NCBI GenBank assembly: GCA_964518475.1
Contig: CAZFGR010000023.1
Coordinates: forward strand, 1 to 25,498
Source: an uncultured Nitrososphaerota archaeon
Lineage (GTDB): Archaea; Asgardarchaeota; Njordarchaeia; Njordarchaeales; Njordarchaeaceae
Direction of reading: 5' to 3'
DNA: 25,498 nucleotides
Shown: positions 1-7,338 of the stretch, piece after piece
How positions within the stretch are numbered: position 1 is the stretch's first letter
How the letters are laid out: each line of letters starts with the position of its first letter
Position numbers and translations under genes: made by a program
Notes under the pieces: model-generated
The model's input: only the letters and a program-made list of their open reading frames with translations
Database searches by the model: none
What the model was told of the DNA's origin: nothing

Positions 1-139
1 TAATTGAGCTGGTGATTATTTGCTCCCAAGGTCTCTTCTGTAGCCATAATCCTATACCAGTAATGATTCCCAATAAGAGAGCAGGGTTCTTGAAGAACGC
101 AATTATGAAATCTAAAATATCCACTGCTGTGATAGCCAT
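1..139 (-). CDS. PTS transporter subunit IIC, UlaA/SgaT (ascorbate-type) family; 5' part only, continues beyond the window edge
   Basis: Not in the ORF track. Manual translation from ATG at 139: MAITAVDILDFIIAFFKNPALLLGIITGIGLWLQKRPWEQIITSSI..., matching the UlaA N-terminal pattern (P-A-x-L-x-G...G-L-x-L-Q-K-[KR]). GGTG SD just upstream; a PTS EIIA gene lies about 0.9 kb away on the same strand. Confidence 0.8.
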   Translation of the reverse strand, partial: MAITAVDILDFIIAFFKNPALLLGIITGIGLWLQKRPWEQIITSSI

Positions 140-424
140 AATTTCACCACGTTGAAATGGTTATTATGTAGTGTATTAAAATGTCAAAGATTTTGGATAG
201 TTAGGGCTCTCGAACTATCTTATTATTACTACATTTTTTAAATTTTTTGTATGTTGGATTATTTCTTAAAATCTAAAGATCACCTTTATTTTATTAATAA
301 ATAAATGATAGATATTTCTAGTAGAAAGGCATTTAACTAGTGAGAAACTAGATTGAGAAAAGAGAGAAATTTGAAACAAAGTTAGCAGAAAGAAAAATAA
401 TTATTGTTTTAAATAGAGAGTTCT

Positions 425-967
425 TTAATCAGAATTATTCGTTTGGTGTTCATTGTTAGTAGATAGCAATGTATCACAAATTTTAGAATAGAGGTCAATC
501 AAGATAGTATCTTGTTCCTTGTATCTTTTTTGTTTAGGTACGCTCTCCCAGACTTCTCTGATTTCTGGGTCGAGTTGAGATAGAAAAACGCCGAGATCTT
601 GCATTATTGGGTATATTATTTTCTTTCTTACATAGGATCTATCTTTTAAAGTTTCTGGTTTTTTCGCGCTTACCCTGATATAGTAATTTAGAGAGAATAC
701 TAGTTTTTTCACTATAGTAGCTTTTGGTAACTCATCTATTATCTTAAGAATTTTCTTAGCAGTTTTTGCGGAAAAATACTTTCGTTGTAAAACTTTATCT
801 TTGATTAAGATTGAACATATTTCTCTAGCAATAGTTCTGCCGTTTTTCCGTAATTCTTTCTTAATTTTTCTATCCCGTATAAATATGTAGCCGCGTACAA
901 TTCCGTAAGAAATTAGTAAAGCAACTAAAGTATATATTGTATAATTGTCGATCATAAATCGCATCAA
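425..967 (-). CDS. Hypothetical protein with one N-terminal transmembrane helix and a basic soluble domain
   Basis: 180-aa ORF; hydrophobic segment YTIYTLVALLISYGIVRGYIFI followed by a K/R-rich stretch; no recognisable motif; very AT-rich. Confidence 0.6.
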   Translation of the reverse strand: MMRFMIDNYTIYTLVALLISYGIVRGYIFIRDRKIKKELRKNGRTIAREICSILIKDKVLQRKYFSAKTAKKILKIIDELPKATIVKKLVFSLNYYIRVSAKKPETLKDRSYVRKKIIYPIMQDLGVFLSQLDPEIREVWESVPKQKRYKEQDTILIDLYSKICDTLLSTNNEHQTNNSD

Positions 968-1055
968 AGACCCTCTAATAGTGCTTCAATCTCTAAGTAA
1001 ATTGTCTCCTAATTTGTTGTTTTTTTAAAAAATTTATAATAAGTTTGCGAAAAGG

Positions 1056-1544
1056 TTAGCTACTGATTCGAGCTAGCGCCTTCTCAAATATCTCGTAAAT
1101 CTCATCAACAGAGCGTGCCTGTAGTAAAGCCTTGACGTTCTTCTCGTCCATTAATACTTTTGCTAATTGGGACAAGGCTGTTACATGTGTTTTATCATCA
1201 GAAGCCGTGAAAGCAATAATTAAATGCACTGGATCATTATCGGGATTTCCGAAGTTTACTGGATTTTTTAATTTCACAATAGCTATAGCTGGTTTTTTCG
1301 CTCCCTCACTAGGTCTTGCATGAGGGAATGCTATACCTTTAGTAATGACTATGTAGGGACCCATTTCCATCACTGTTTTAATCATCGCATCTACATACCT
1401 TGGTTCAGCAGCTCCCACTTTAACTAGAAGTTCTCCGGCAACCCTAACGGCTTCTTTCCAATCCTTAGCGGGCACATCTGTTTTAATAGCTTCTTTAGAG
1501 ATCATTTCTCTCAAAGATATTTTTTCCTCACTAGCCTCTGCCAG
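1056..1544 (-). CDS. PTS sugar transporter subunit IIA (PTS_EIIA_2 fructose/mannitol-type fold, UlaC-like)
   Basis: Typical motifs DWKEAVRVAGELL, GPYIVI, GIAFPHARP (phospho-acceptor His), PVNFG..DNDPV, H..ALSQLA. ORF track start is TTG 1514; the frame is open to a CTG at 1544 with a GGTG SD 6 nt upstream. Confidence 0.92.
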   Translation of the reverse strand: MAEASEEKISLREMISKEAIKTDVPAKDWKEAVRVAGELLVKVGAAEPRYVDAMIKTVMEMGPYIVITKGIAFPHARPSEGAKKPAIAIVKLKNPVNFGNPDNDPVHLIIAFTASDDKTHVTALSQLAKVLMDEKNVKALLQARSVDEIYEIFEKALARISS

Positions 1545-1659
1545 TTAAGACACCAATCATAAATTCGTTATGACTAGCTTCGTTGTATCTTATCTCTCAT
1601 GAGAGAACAAATTATAAAAATATTCCCTTTTTCAAAAAGTTTTTTAAAATATCGAATTC

Positions 1660-2267
1660 CAAGAAGGCAAGTAATTGCTAAGTGGACTGGGGACGCCGAG
1701 CACCTTTACACAATAGATGTTTACGTGTACTTTGACGCTTTCTCAAAGAGAAAAAGCTTAACGAAGTGAGAGAAATGAGTTAGTGTGCATGTTTGAACCT
1801 GATTATTTTTCTAAATTTTGAAGAGCTTGCTGTATTTCACATAGTGAAATTATGGACTGAGAGGGGGTTGGATAGTGAGAACGCAAAATTAAAAAGCAAC
1901 AAAAAGCAAATAAAAAAGGAGACTTTGTTTCACCAAACGCCTGAGCGTAGACACGTCCCTCACGGAGAATACTCCATCGCATCATATAAATACCAGAGTA
2001 TAAGAAGAAAGCACTGAGAGGAAACATTGCAGAGACGGCGTAGAAGGTTATAGAAGATAAGTCTTCAATAACTAAGTGCCGGGATAACGACCTAGTAGTT
2101 AATGCTGAACAGCATACGCTCGTAGTTCCTAGGCTACACAATAGGAAGACTAGGTAAAGAGGACTTAGCTGCTCTTCCTACTGAAGTCTTTCCCAGCGGA
2201 GAGTGGTTGAATCTTCTGTAGGAGAAATCTTAGGATTCCCCGCACTAAAGTGCGGGGAGGGGGTCAA
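1660..2267 (+). mobile_element. Degraded IS200/IS605-family (TnpB/IS1341-like) element; right end clear, left boundary approximate
   Basis: Ends in GGATTCCCCGCAC-TAAA-GTGCGGGGAGGGGGTCAA, the GC-rich hairpin plus terminal TCAA typical of IS200/IS605 right ends. Upstream has no intact ORF, only weak TnpB-like scraps (KYQSIRRK near 1990-2012; KCRDNDLVVNAE at 2074-2109, cf. C-x-x-C-G-x-x-x-N-A-D). Confidence 0.6.
2237..2267 (+). repeat. IS200/IS605 right-end hairpin (9-bp stem TCCCCGCAC/GTGCGGGGA, loop TAAA) followed by TCAA
   Basis: Perfect inverted repeat 2237-2245/2250-2258; TCAA at 2264-2267. Confidence 0.85.
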
Positions 2268-2271
2268 TAAG

Positions 2272-2922
2272 ATGTATGTTGTGATTGCTTATATCGTCCG
2301 AACAATCTTGGAGAATCCAATTTATTTGGTCTTTCTATGGTTTTTATACTTGGTTGCGGATCATGTCTGGGGTGGTTTTGCTAAGTTTTTGCGTCTTCTT
2401 TTTCTTCCAGGTTTCTTAGTGAGGGTTGGTTTGAGGGTCGCATTAATTGATCTATTTGGGGGGCACGTGGGGATTAGTTACAGGCATTATGGATTAGATG
2501 ATGAGAGAGCGTATCTTACTGTGTATCTTGGAAAGAGGAAGCATTTGTGGATTCTGGTTCTCTTCGCTAATTTTGCTCTTGGTTTAGGAATTGGTTATGT
2601 TCTGGTTTTTCTGGCGTTGAGATTAAGAGATTTATTCGTTTTTATAGTTGTTTCTTGGCTGGCTGTGAGTTTCATTATTGCCTCGCTACCCTCAGCTACT
2701 GATTTAAGGATTTTTTACATTGCTTTTCTTTCCCATGATCCCGTAGGGGTTATGTTACTTGTCTGGGGAGTAGTAGTTTTTGCACTATCTTATGTATCTT
2801 TTGGAATGATCTATGGGTTTGTAATAACTCTCCTTTATATGTGTTTTATTGTGTTTACATCTTTTCTAATTCGCGAAAAAGGAAGTGTTGAGGAACCGGT
2901 TATTGTCGAGGATGGGGTCTAA
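2272..2922 (+). CDS. Multi-pass membrane protein resembling DUF3267/zincin-like membrane metalloprotease families but lacking HExxH
   Basis: Likely start ATG 2272 (the ORF-track extension from 2203 reads through the IS end). About 6 hydrophobic segments; LFLPGFLVRVGLR aligns by eye with F-x-P-G-x-x-x-H-E-x-x-H, and WLAVSFIIASLPSATD with W-L-x-x-S-x(5)-P-S-x-x-D. Confidence 0.65.
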   Translation: MYVVIAYIVRTILENPIYLVFLWFLYLVADHVWGGFAKFLRLLFLPGFLVRVGLRVALIDLFGGHVGISYRHYGLDDERAYLTVYLGKRKHLWILVLFANFALGLGIGYVLVFLALRLRDLFVFIVVSWLAVSFIIASLPSATDLRIFYIAFLSHDPVGVMLLVWGVVVFALSYVSFGMIYGFVITLLYMCFIVFTSFLIREKGSVEEPVIVEDGV

Positions 2923-3948
2923 ATGATTTCCAGATATGTTGACCCGAAATGTCTTAGGAAGAGAATCAATAGGGAATACTTGAGGACATCGAGGAGCTAT
3001 GGGGCATACATCAAGGTTAACCTCTATGGAAAAAGAAGAGTTAGTGAGAAAACCTACATTGAGGCTAGTCTAGTGATTAGAGCAGACGAATCATTAATTA
3101 AGAGTCTTAAGAAGCTGGGATTAAAGTTCTCAAAGAAAGAGAAGAGAGGACTTTTTGAACCTCCGGTTCTCGCCAGCCTCTTAAGAAAATTCTCTAAAGT
3201 AGAGATACCTATCGGTGTTTCCCGTGATGAGGAAAGGATTATAAGGGTTCCTTGGCCAGCCAGGATTTTAACGGATTCTCCCTTATCAGCGCTTACAGTT
3301 TCAGTATTTGCAGAGAACGCTATCTGGATCGATTACTTAGGTGTGGCTGAGTATGTCCTAGAAATTTTTGAGGAGGGAGAGGGCGTACCCTTAAACATAA
3401 TACCGGCAGGGGCGAGGGAGGATCTAGCCAAGATAATAGCTAGGAAAACGATCGGTGAGAGATTTTCTAACGAGATAGCAAAAATCCTCAAAGGAGAAAC
3501 CGAGCAACTAGAGTCTGATGAAGAAATAGCCATGATAGGTCCCGAACATAACGCATTAGCAGAGATCCTTGAATGGAAAATCCTGTCATTCGAAAAAGAG
3601 TTAATGAAAGATTATCTCTATGTAGACATTTCCGGCGCCTCAACATTCTCCTTCATAATTGCGTGCTCAGCAGCTCTACTATCTAACAGAAACGCTGTAA
3701 TAGTTTCCGCTCCTTACTATAAAAAAGAGTTAGAGCCGCTACTACGGCGAGAGGGGGTAATATATGTTCTCCCAACAATTACCGAGCATCTTCACCTACC
3801 ATTTGATGTAATTATCTCTGAGAAAGAAGGTACGGTGATGTTTAGGGCATGGTTGGGTGGTAAGGGGCATTATATAGATTATATAGAGGAATATATTAGT
3901 ATCGATACCTTGATAAAGGAGGTCAGTGAAGAGCGAAACGATTTTTAA
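2923..3948 (+). CDS. Hypothetical soluble protein, possibly a degenerate HerA/VirB4-like fold with no Walker A
   Basis: 341-aa ORF abutting the upstream stop (TAA-ATG). Segments EIPIG, AIWIDYLG and LYVDISG occur in the order of HerA-family motifs; no GxxGxGK[ST]. The ORF is well supported, the fold call is tentative. Confidence 0.6.
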   Translation: MISRYVDPKCLRKRINREYLRTSRSYGAYIKVNLYGKRRVSEKTYIEASLVIRADESLIKSLKKLGLKFSKKEKRGLFEPPVLASLLRKFSKVEIPIGVSRDEERIIRVPWPARILTDSPLSALTVSVFAENAIWIDYLGVAEYVLEIFEEGEGVPLNIIPAGAREDLAKIIARKTIGERFSNEIAKILKGETEQLESDEEIAMIGPEHNALAEILEWKILSFEKELMKDYLYVDISGASTFSFIIACSAALLSNRNAVIVSAPYYKKELEPLLRREGVIYVLPTITEHLHLPFDVIISEKEGTVMFRAWLGGKGHYIDYIEEYISIDTLIKEVSEERNDF

Positions 3949-3956
3949 TCACAGTA

Positions 3957-4463
3957 TTGCTTCTCTTGTTACTCAGTAACGGATTTATAACATATACTTT
4001 TCATGACCTAGGTATCCCAACGATCTCTGTAGCGCTTGGGACTATTAGGATTAATAGGTATTTCACATCTCCATATACTGGGAGAGCTCTTGCTAATATA
4101 ACGTTTGTATGGGATGCTAATGGCTCCTTATCTATCGAGGTTCTTGTAGAGATAAATAATGCTAGTAAACTAGTTTTCTTTAGAGAAAAACCAGAGACAG
4201 CATCCTTCGAGGTTTTTCTGCAGGAGAACAACTCTTTCTCATTAACAATCAATGTTGTAGGTCCCGGAAGGTTTATCCTCTATAATTCCTCAGTTATAAA
4301 GTTTGTTCCGCTGGAAGGGAATGCCGGAGAGGACTCCATTTGGAAGAGGACTATGCTTCTTTTCATAACTTTAGCATCGATTGCTGTTCCTATCTGTATC
4401 AGGATTCTTCAACTCATAAAGTTGCGGGAAGGCGGTATAGTGATCGTGGAGGATGAGAAATGA
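3957..4463 (+). CDS. Membrane-anchored protein (hydrophobic N-terminus, beta-rich Asn-rich domain, C-terminal TM helix)
   Basis: N-terminal LLLLLL; several N-x-S/T sequons (NIT, NGS, NAS, NNS, NSS); TM segment TMLLFITLASIAVPICIRIL; ATGA overlap with the helicase gene. Start codon uncertain. Confidence 0.7.
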   Translation: MLLLLLSNGFITYTFHDLGIPTISVALGTIRINRYFTSPYTGRALANITFVWDANGSLSIEVLVEINNASKLVFFREKPETASFEVFLQENNSFSLTINVVGPGRFILYNSSVIKFVPLEGNAGEDSIWKRTMLLFITLASIAVPICIRILQLIKLREGGIVIVEDEK

Positions 4464-6010
4464 GCCAAATCTCTATTAATGATCTATTACCAGTGGAGAC
4501 GAGGGGTTCGAAGGAGATAATTAAAGCACTCCAATCAAATGATCGTGTAGTATTGATCAGAGCCCCACCCGGGACTGGTAAGACAATGACTGTTCTTGCA
4601 TATTTGTTCTGGCTGGGGTTAAAAGGTATCTCGTCGGCCATGTTTTTCAGAACTAGGGCTGAGTTGGATAACGGTATTAGGATAGCTAACAAAATTGCTA
4701 AAAAAATTAGAGAGTATGGGTTGACGCCTCCAGATTTCATACCCATTGGTGGAAAGGACGAGCTTTGCAGATTTCCTCCTGGGAGAAAAGAGCTTATAAG
4801 GTGGTGGTGTTCTATAATAAACTGTGATTATTTCCGTAGAAGAAGTACGAATAGAATCCGCGAATCACTAAGACGGGAGCCGCCTCAAAATTTAAGGGAA
4901 TTCTTTGTAGCCGCTAGAGATGCTGGAGCATGCCCCTACTTTGCTTATCAACAGCTATGTGAACAAGCCAGAATCGTTCTGGCCACTCATCCCTATTTTA
5001 TTCAGGATGAATTATTTAATCGCCTAGGTTTTAGAGATGTTCTCGTGATTGATGAGGCCCACTCGTTTCTCTCCCTTATAACCTCTAGAATCCCACTAAG
5101 TGATTACAAACTTTTCCAAGAGTATTGGAGAGAGGTAGAGGAGGTTGGTTCCCCGGTTAGAATAGCTGTGAGAGAGTGGAGGAGGGGGGCTAAGGATTTC
5201 GTAGCTGGGTTATCGCGGTATTATTCATTTATGGAGGCACCAGGAATCACTATAGTGCATAGGAATGATGTTATCAAGGTATGTCCTCCCGAACTTTTGG
5301 TAGAGAAAAGATTAGGTTTGGTGAATAGGATCATTTTCATGTCCTCTACACTATACCCAATAAGTCTCTTCAAGAAACTATTCGGTGCAGAGACGAGTAC
5401 ATACATAGTGCCGGGATTATTAAAGAGTACTGATAAGCGACTCTTACTGGGCCTTTCAATAGGTCTCACAACAAAGTATGTCGATAGATCATATCTTCTC
5501 CAAGAGTACGCTAAAGTAATAGATTTCTTATTAGCATCAATTGACCGTCCCACAATAATTTTTACCCCTAGCTACGAAATTGCAGAGGAGCTAAGCCGAG
5601 CTTTATCTCTTCCATTAGTGAGAGAAGAGGGTAGTATTGATGCAGAGAAAATAATTTCCGTAGCAAGAGGGAGGTTGGCGGAGGGAATAGATGTAAAACT
5701 CGCTGGGAAGGATCCTGAGTTAGTGATTATTGCTGGATTACCTTTCCCAGACATAAGCAAGGACTTTAGTGCTGTTGTAAAGGTATACTCGAAGTATTAC
5801 AAGGTTAGTGAGGCAGAGTTATTGAAAGCGATGAGTCTTGGAGAGATGATGTCTGCGCTAGTCCAAGCTCTTGGAAGAATCGGCCGTAGAAAGAGGGGTA
5901 TTGGCATAATAATTGATGATAGAATCGAGAAGTTAGGAGTGAAAATACTTATCTTCAAATCGGTTAGATCATTAATAAATAAGGTAAAGAAATTCTTAGA
6001 AAAGAAGTAG
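4460..6010 (+). CDS. SF2 Fe-S helicase of the XPD/Rad3/DinG family
   Basis: Walker A APPGTGKT; four Cys (GKDELC..WC....C..ACPYF); VIDEAH; motif III MSSTL; FTPSY; ARGRLAEGID; IAGLPFP; motif VI QALGRIGR. Confidence 0.92.
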   Translation: MSQISINDLLPVETRGSKEIIKALQSNDRVVLIRAPPGTGKTMTVLAYLFWLGLKGISSAMFFRTRAELDNGIRIANKIAKKIREYGLTPPDFIPIGGKDELCRFPPGRKELIRWWCSIINCDYFRRRSTNRIRESLRREPPQNLREFFVAARDAGACPYFAYQQLCEQARIVLATHPYFIQDELFNRLGFRDVLVIDEAHSFLSLITSRIPLSDYKLFQEYWREVEEVGSPVRIAVREWRRGAKDFVAGLSRYYSFMEAPGITIVHRNDVIKVCPPELLVEKRLGLVNRIIFMSSTLYPISLFKKLFGAETSTYIVPGLLKSTDKRLLLGLSIGLTTKYVDRSYLLQEYAKVIDFLLASIDRPTIIFTPSYEIAEELSRALSLPLVREEGSIDAEKIISVARGRLAEGIDVKLAGKDPELVIIAGLPFPDISKDFSAVVKVYSKYYKVSEAELLKAMSLGEMMSALVQALGRIGRRKRGIGIIIDDRIEKLGVKILIFKSVRSLINKVKKFLEKK

Positions 6011-6014
6011 GTGT

Positions 6015-6902
6015 TTAGAAAATAGCGGCTACTTCTCTTATTATGTGGTGATACAACTCTACCGTATCAACATACTTTGTTTGTGGCGGCCCCGTGTAGA
6101 TTATGTGGACTTCAACGGGTCTTTCTTTCTCGTATATCTCTCTTATAAGGAATCTGGCTAAGGCTCTAGCCAGCGGCTGTATATGGGGGTATCCGCGACC
6201 GAAGGGCACTCTTCTTTTAACGAATATGCGTTTCCTTAGATACAATCCAACGACTTGGGAAAATCTCAGTGAGAAGTATCTCTTAGATAGTGGTAGGGCT
6301 TTCATGAAGAGATTGTACCAGAATTCCTCATTTGTTTGTGCATCTGCCTGCGTAAAGTTGCCAGTTTCATAGATCTTGTTTTCCCTTATAAAGTCATTAT
6401 CCAGCTGCAGAGAAATTATTACTCTTTCAGGATCTGTTGCTTCTATTATCGCTCTTATATCCTCTATAGAGCCTAGGAGCTTCGGAGAATAAGTGGTTTC
6501 AAGCGATATCAAAATCTTTTTCTCCTCTTTTAGAAGCTTCTTTACCATCTCCGAGGCCATTTCTATGGCTTTGTCTCTCTCGTCTAGGGCAGAGCCTATG
6601 TGAAGATTAAAGATTTCAGCTCCAGCAATGCTTGCATATTTTATCGCAGCTTTCATTCCTCTCTCAGTAGCTTTTAACGTGCTCTCATCCTCGGACGTTA
6701 GTGAGTAATATGGGGCGTGGGCAGTTATTGTGGTGAAAACCCCTTTACAAGTCGTGTAGTACTCCCTGAAATATTTCTCATCAACTGCTTTTCTGGAAAA
6801 TATCCTGGGAGGAATCTCTGTAAGCCTCATACCGAGCAACATAGCATTAGGTAATGTTCCAAGCGCATTATATGTTCCCCAATCAAGAATAGGTTTTTGC
6901 AT
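6015..6902 (-). CDS. Endonuclease IV / AP_endonuc_2 TIM-barrel homolog with degenerate metal sites
   Basis: TAHAPYY, FNLHIG and SLETT..KLLGSIEDI match the archaeal Nfo N-terminal half; later ligand motifs are replaced. Likely start ATG 6902 behind a GAGGGGTGA SD (ORF track uses GTG 6911). Confidence 0.8.
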   Translation of the reverse strand: MQKPILDWGTYNALGTLPNAMLLGMRLTEIPPRIFSRKAVDEKYFREYYTTCKGVFTTITAHAPYYSLTSEDESTLKATERGMKAAIKYASIAGAEIFNLHIGSALDERDKAIEMASEMVKKLLKEEKKILISLETTYSPKLLGSIEDIRAIIEATDPERVIISLQLDNDFIRENKIYETGNFTQADAQTNEEFWYNLFMKALPLSKRYFSLRFSQVVGLYLRKRIFVKRRVPFGRGYPHIQPLARALARFLIREIYEKERPVEVHIIYTGPPQTKYVDTVELYHHIIREVAAIF

Positions 6903-7338
6903 GTTTTTCACCCCTCATAAAATAAGAACAAAAAGTATTATAGGTTTTGTTTTTGACCAATTCCATAAGTATACAGAGAATACTCGAAATTTTAAAAGTT
7001 ATGAAAAAATATGCTACAGAGATTAATGAATTATTTTTTTGTTTAGCCTCTTCTCCTCAAAGAATCAATAACCTAGTTCTCCCTTTCCTTAGTGTTGTAG
7101 CGTATATTGGCATATGACTCCTTAGTATTTAGAAGTAACACGCTATATATTATATATCTCGCATTAGGTGAGGGGATTATCACGTTTTTCTTGGATTAAA
7201 TCGATTCTCTACTTTTAGAATAGTCTCTCTATCTTTTAGGAGGTTAGTCTGTTTCTTAATTTTCGAATTATTTATAAAAGTTGGTAACACCTATTATTTA
7301 TAGATATGTGTCCAAATAAGTAAAGGGAGGTCCGAATA

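Noticed and set aside
1739-1753. Small hairpin TTTCTC-AAA-GAGAAA as the IS left end
   Set aside because: Weak AT-rich stem with no resemblance to the right-end hairpin.
1793-2141. ORFs 1793-2017 (+) and 1803-2141 (-)
   Set aside because: They lie in the decayed IS-like region, lack start signals and recognisable domains; treated as remnant or spurious frames.
2203-2271. 23-aa N-terminal extension of the membrane protein in the ORF track
   Set aside because: It is translation through the IS right-end hairpin; ATG 2272 is the better start.
6912-7338. Long intergenic region with an 18-codon minus-strand ORF (MPIYATTLRKGRTRLLIL) and an ATATAT-T-ATATAT stretch
   Set aside because: Too short and low-complexity to support a gene or RNA; may be divergent promoters plus decayed sequence.
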